A DNA stretch of 64,000 nucleotides from an uncultured Bacteroidales bacterium (GTDB lineage Bacteria > Bacteroidota > Bacteroidia > Bacteroidales > UBA10428), in assembly GCA_963781805.1 (NCBI GenBank), contig CAWAHF010000004.1:1774219-1838218 (forward strand), read 5' to 3'. The first letter of the stretch is position 1. Every line of letters starts with the position of its first letter. The notes beneath the pieces were generated by a model that was not told the DNA's origin, did not search any database, and saw only the letters and a list, made by a program, of their open reading frames with translations. Shown here piece after piece: positions 60,889 through 64,000 of this stretch. The translations under genes and the position numbers were made by a program.

Positions 60889-62128
60889 TTCTTTCTATTT
60901 CTATTTATTTCTATTCATTTCTTTATCAATAAATGGAATAAGCCAGGAAATATTAGATAGTTACTTATTTGAAGCCGCCAATAACAACCCCGGTTTAAAG
61001 GCTAAATTCAGTGCATATATGGCGGCGCTTGAGAAAATACCGCAGGTTGGCGCTCTGCCCGACCCTCAGATTACATTCGGGTATTTCATACAACCGGTTG
61101 AAACCAGGATTGGGCCGCAAAAAGCACGTATTTCTGCTTCGCAAATGTTTCCATGGTTTGGGACACTTGGAGCCAGGAAAGATGTTGCCACTGAAATGGC
61201 AAAATCGAAATACGAACAATTCCAGGAGGCCAAATCAAGATTATTTTACGATGTAAAATCAACCTGGTATAACCTGTATTTTACACAAAAGGCTATGGAT
61301 ATTACCAAAGAGAACATCGATATCCTGACTACATTTCGTAAACTGGCTTTAATTAAGGTAGAATCAGGATTAGCCTCATCTGTGGATGTGCTAAGGGTAG
61401 AGATGGAGAAAGCAGATTTGGAAAACCAGCTTGCATTATTAAAGGATAATTATTTCGCAATGCAAACCGGATTCAACAATCTGTTGAATATACATGAACA
61501 AAGACCGGTGAGTCTTCCCGACTCTCTCGTCAATACCAGCATAGATTTAACACAGGAAGCTATCCGGGACAGTATCCGGAACGGAAACCATCAAATACTA
61601 CAGACGGAATTTATGCAGGCTTCTTACGAAAAGCAGGAACTTTTGGCAAAAAAAACAGGAAAACCAAATCTGATGCTGGGATTCGATTATGTGATTGTAG
61701 GGAAAAGTTCGAATCCTATGGCAGACCCTTCAGAGTCCGGGAAAAATGCATTTGTATTTCCGATGGTAGGCATCTCTGTACCCTTGTACCGTCAGAAATA
61801 CACGTCTATGGTCAAAGAAGCTACGTTGATGCAGGAATCGACAGAAAATGAAAAACTGGATAAGACGAACGTTCTGGAAACCACCTATGAAAAGGCCAAT
61901 AAAGACTATATGGATGCAGACAGACGTATCCCACTGTTTCTTGGACAGTCAGGCAAAGCCGTTACAGCTATGAACATCCTGCAAACTGCCTATGAAACCG
62001 ATGGAAAAAATTTTGAAGAAGTACTGCGAATGGAACGTCAACTCTTAAAATATAAACTTGAACTTGAAAAAGCACGTGCAGATAAAGACGCAGCCATTGC
62101 CTTTATTTATTACTTAATGGGAAAATAA
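60875..62128 (+). CDS. TolC-family outer-membrane efflux protein
   Basis: AANNNPGLKA, QVGALPDP, QMFPWFGT; position in an RND operon. Confidence 0.9.
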   Translation: MKKNSSFYFYLFLFISLSINGISQEILDSYLFEAANNNPGLKAKFSAYMAALEKIPQVGALPDPQITFGYFIQPVETRIGPQKARISASQMFPWFGTLGARKDVATEMAKSKYEQFQEAKSRLFYDVKSTWYNLYFTQKAMDITKENIDILTTFRKLALIKVESGLASSVDVLRVEMEKADLENQLALLKDNYFAMQTGFNNLLNIHEQRPVSLPDSLVNTSIDLTQEAIRDSIRNGNHQILQTEFMQASYEKQELLAKKTGKPNLMLGFDYVIVGKSSNPMADPSESGKNAFVFPMVGISVPLYRQKYTSMVKEATLMQESTENEKLDKTNVLETTYEKANKDYMDADRRIPLFLGQSGKAVTAMNILQTAYETDGKNFEEVLRMERQLLKYKLELEKARADKDAAIAFIYYLMGK

Positions 62129-62146
62129 AATTTAAAACGATTAGAA

Positions 62147-64000
62147 ATGAAAACGAAAATAAATTTTAATAAGCGCGATTATAAAATTATTGGAATTACC
62201 TTAATTGCAGGTCTTTTTTTGGGTTGGTTGATATTTCATGGTTCAAAAAATGAAGCTGTGGCTGAGCAGACATCCCGGGAACTCACCAATGAAAATAAAA
62301 TGATCTGGACATGTTCGATGCATCCACAGATACGAATGGACCATCCCGGTAAATGTCCGATATGCGGCATGGATTTAATTCCACTTCAGCAATACAAGAG
62401 TGACGAATCCGAAATTTCACCTGATGAAATAGAGATGACGAATGCTGCAATGAAAATTGCAGATATACAAACCATAATTGTTAAACGGGCATATCCCGAC
62501 AAAGAAGTCTACCTGCTGGGCAAAATCAAGCCGGATGAACGGAATATAGCCGAGTTGACTGCGCGGTTCGGAGGACGTATTGAAAAACTATTTGTGAATT
62601 TTACCGGACAGCATGTGGCAAAGGGTGAGAAACTTGCAGTGATTTATTCTCCTGCACTTATCACAGCGCAAAAAGAATTGCTCGAAGCGGAGGAATACAA
62701 ATTAAGCAATCCGGACTTGTATAAAGCTGCACGGGGCAAATTGAAGCTTTGGAATCTGTCGGATGATCAGATTGATAACATTGAAACGAAAGGGGAAGTA
62801 CAAAATAATTTTGACGTACTTTCTCCTATCAGGGGAACTGTAACCCGCCGCAATGTGGCAATTGGAGATTACATAAAAGAAGGCACTTCTTTATTCCAGG
62901 TGATAGATCTGAAAAAAGTCTGGGTGATGTTTGAAGCTTATGAAAGCGATCTTCCCTGGATTGGATTAGGAGACAAAGTTGATTTTTCGGTTCAATCGCT
63001 GCCCGGTAAAGCCTTCAGCGGACATGTAAGTTTCATAGATCCGGTTATTGATCCTAAAACCAGGATCGCACAGGTGAGGGTTGAAGTTCAGAATCCCGGT
63101 CTTAGCCTGAAACCTGAAATGTTTGCCAATGGTACCGTAATATCCACAATTGCAGGAAACAAAAAAGACCTTATGATACCAAAGACAGCTGTACTTTGGA
63201 CAGGAAAACGTGCAGTGGTTTATGTAAAAGTTCCCGGAAAGGTACAACCGACCTTTAAATACAGGGAAATTATTCTGGGCCCTTTAGCAGGTGAATTTTA
63301 TGTGGTAAATAAAGGCTTGCAGGAAGGGGAAGAAATAGCAGTTAACGGCGTATTTAAGATTGATGCTGCTTCCCAACTGGCAGGAAAACCAAGTATGATG
63401 AATCCATCCTACGCCAATGCTTCGGATGGCAAGATTGAAGGCGGTGCCGGATCTGCGGGAAGTATGCCCGGAATGGATTTGGGCAGTACGTCCGCTAAGG
63501 AAAATCCTGTTACCTCTGAAACCAAACAGGTTACCGATATTAAAAAAAATGACAGGGTCTATATAAAGAGTAAAAAGAATGAAATAGATCCTCAGTTCAA
63601 ACAACAACTTACTGAAGTATATAAAACTTATCTACCCATGAAAAATGCGTTTATTAAATCTGATCCGAAGGAAGTAACTGAAATAGCCTTAAAAATTGTT
63701 AAAACGCTGAACAAAGTGAACATGGAACTGTTAGAAGGTGAGACACATATGGTTTGGATGAATCAGCTGAAAGAACTGGATAAAAGTCTGAAAAAGATGT
63801 CGCAAAGCGCTGATATCGCCGAACAACGTGAAGCATTTGCTGCATTTAACCTCACTTTTTATCAATCGGTAAAAGACTTTGGACTGGAAGGTGTGACCAC
63901 CTATTACCAATACTGTCCGATGGCTGTAGAACAAAAAGGAGCATACTGGTTCAGTGAAAACAAGGAAATAAAAAATCCCTATTTCGGAGATGCAATGCTG
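62147..64000 (+). CDS. cusB: CusB-like RND periplasmic adaptor with heavy-metal-binding and DUF3347-like domains (truncated by window edge)
   Basis: Manual translation from ATG 62147, open to the edge: WTCSMHPQIRMDHPGKCPICGMDL, GRIEKL, LKPEMFA, YYQYCPMA...NPYFGDAML. Confidence 0.9.
   Translation, partial: MKTKINFNKRDYKIIGITLIAGLFLGWLIFHGSKNEAVAEQTSRELTNENKMIWTCSMHPQIRMDHPGKCPICGMDLIPLQQYKSDESEISPDEIEMTNAAMKIADIQTIIVKRAYPDKEVYLLGKIKPDERNIAELTARFGGRIEKLFVNFTGQHVAKGEKLAVIYSPALITAQKELLEAEEYKLSNPDLYKAARGKLKLWNLSDDQIDNIETKGEVQNNFDVLSPIRGTVTRRNVAIGDYIKEGTSLFQVIDLKKVWVMFEAYESDLPWIGLGDKVDFSVQSLPGKAFSGHVSFIDPVIDPKTRIAQVRVEVQNPGLSLKPEMFANGTVISTIAGNKKDLMIPKTAVLWTGKRAVVYVKVPGKVQPTFKYREIILGPLAGEFYVVNKGLQEGEEIAVNGVFKIDAASQLAGKPSMMNPSYANASDGKIEGGAGSAGSMPGMDLGSTSAKENPVTSETKQVTDIKKNDRVYIKSKKNEIDPQFKQQLTEVYKTYLPMKNAFIKSDPKEVTEIALKIVKTLNKVNMELLEGETHMVWMNQLKELDKSLKKMSQSADIAEQREAFAAFNLTFYQSVKDFGLEGVTTYYQYCPMAVEQKGAYWFSENKEIKNPYFGDAML

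Noticed and set aside
3315-63934. Numerous 60-175 aa ORFs antisense to or overlapping the called genes
   Set aside because: Shadow ORFs of well-supported genes, without motifs of their own.

Overview
AT-rich chromosomal window from a Bacteroidota (Bacteroidales-like) genome, judged from TAnnTTTG promoters, T9SS C-terminal domains and the tmRNA tag GETNYALAA. From left to right it contains: (1) crtB-like/crtI carotenoid genes and housekeeping genes (aconitase, miaA, prs-rplY-pth, an OmpR-type two-component pair); (2) an intact IS1634-like element with a 6-bp target duplication; (3) a phosphate locus (porin, pstSCAB-phoU) with 11-bp-period Pho-box-like repeats; (4) an accessory stretch of about 18.5-41 kb with pncB/pncA, pseudogenes (including an in-frame aldo-keto-reductase::phoU chimera), two type II TA pairs, a P-type ATPase, T9SS cargo, a fibre-like repeat protein and many non-coding repeats; (5) an alpha-glucan cluster (glgX, treZ, glgE, treS-maltokinase, glgB, malQ); (6) a small GIY-YIG gene separated from ssrA by REP-like palindromes; (7) a Cus-type heavy-metal RND operon running off the right edge. 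The least explained structures are all non-coding or architectural. One is a dispersed 55-220 bp repeat that brackets cargo genes, together with degenerate attC-like sites and no integrase in the window. Another is a set of REP-like hairpins nested inside other REP-like hairpins, with a GIY-YIG gene as candidate mobiliser. A third is a small-T9SS-protein/CTD-less fibre gene pair. All family calls come from motifs read by eye; no database searches were run.
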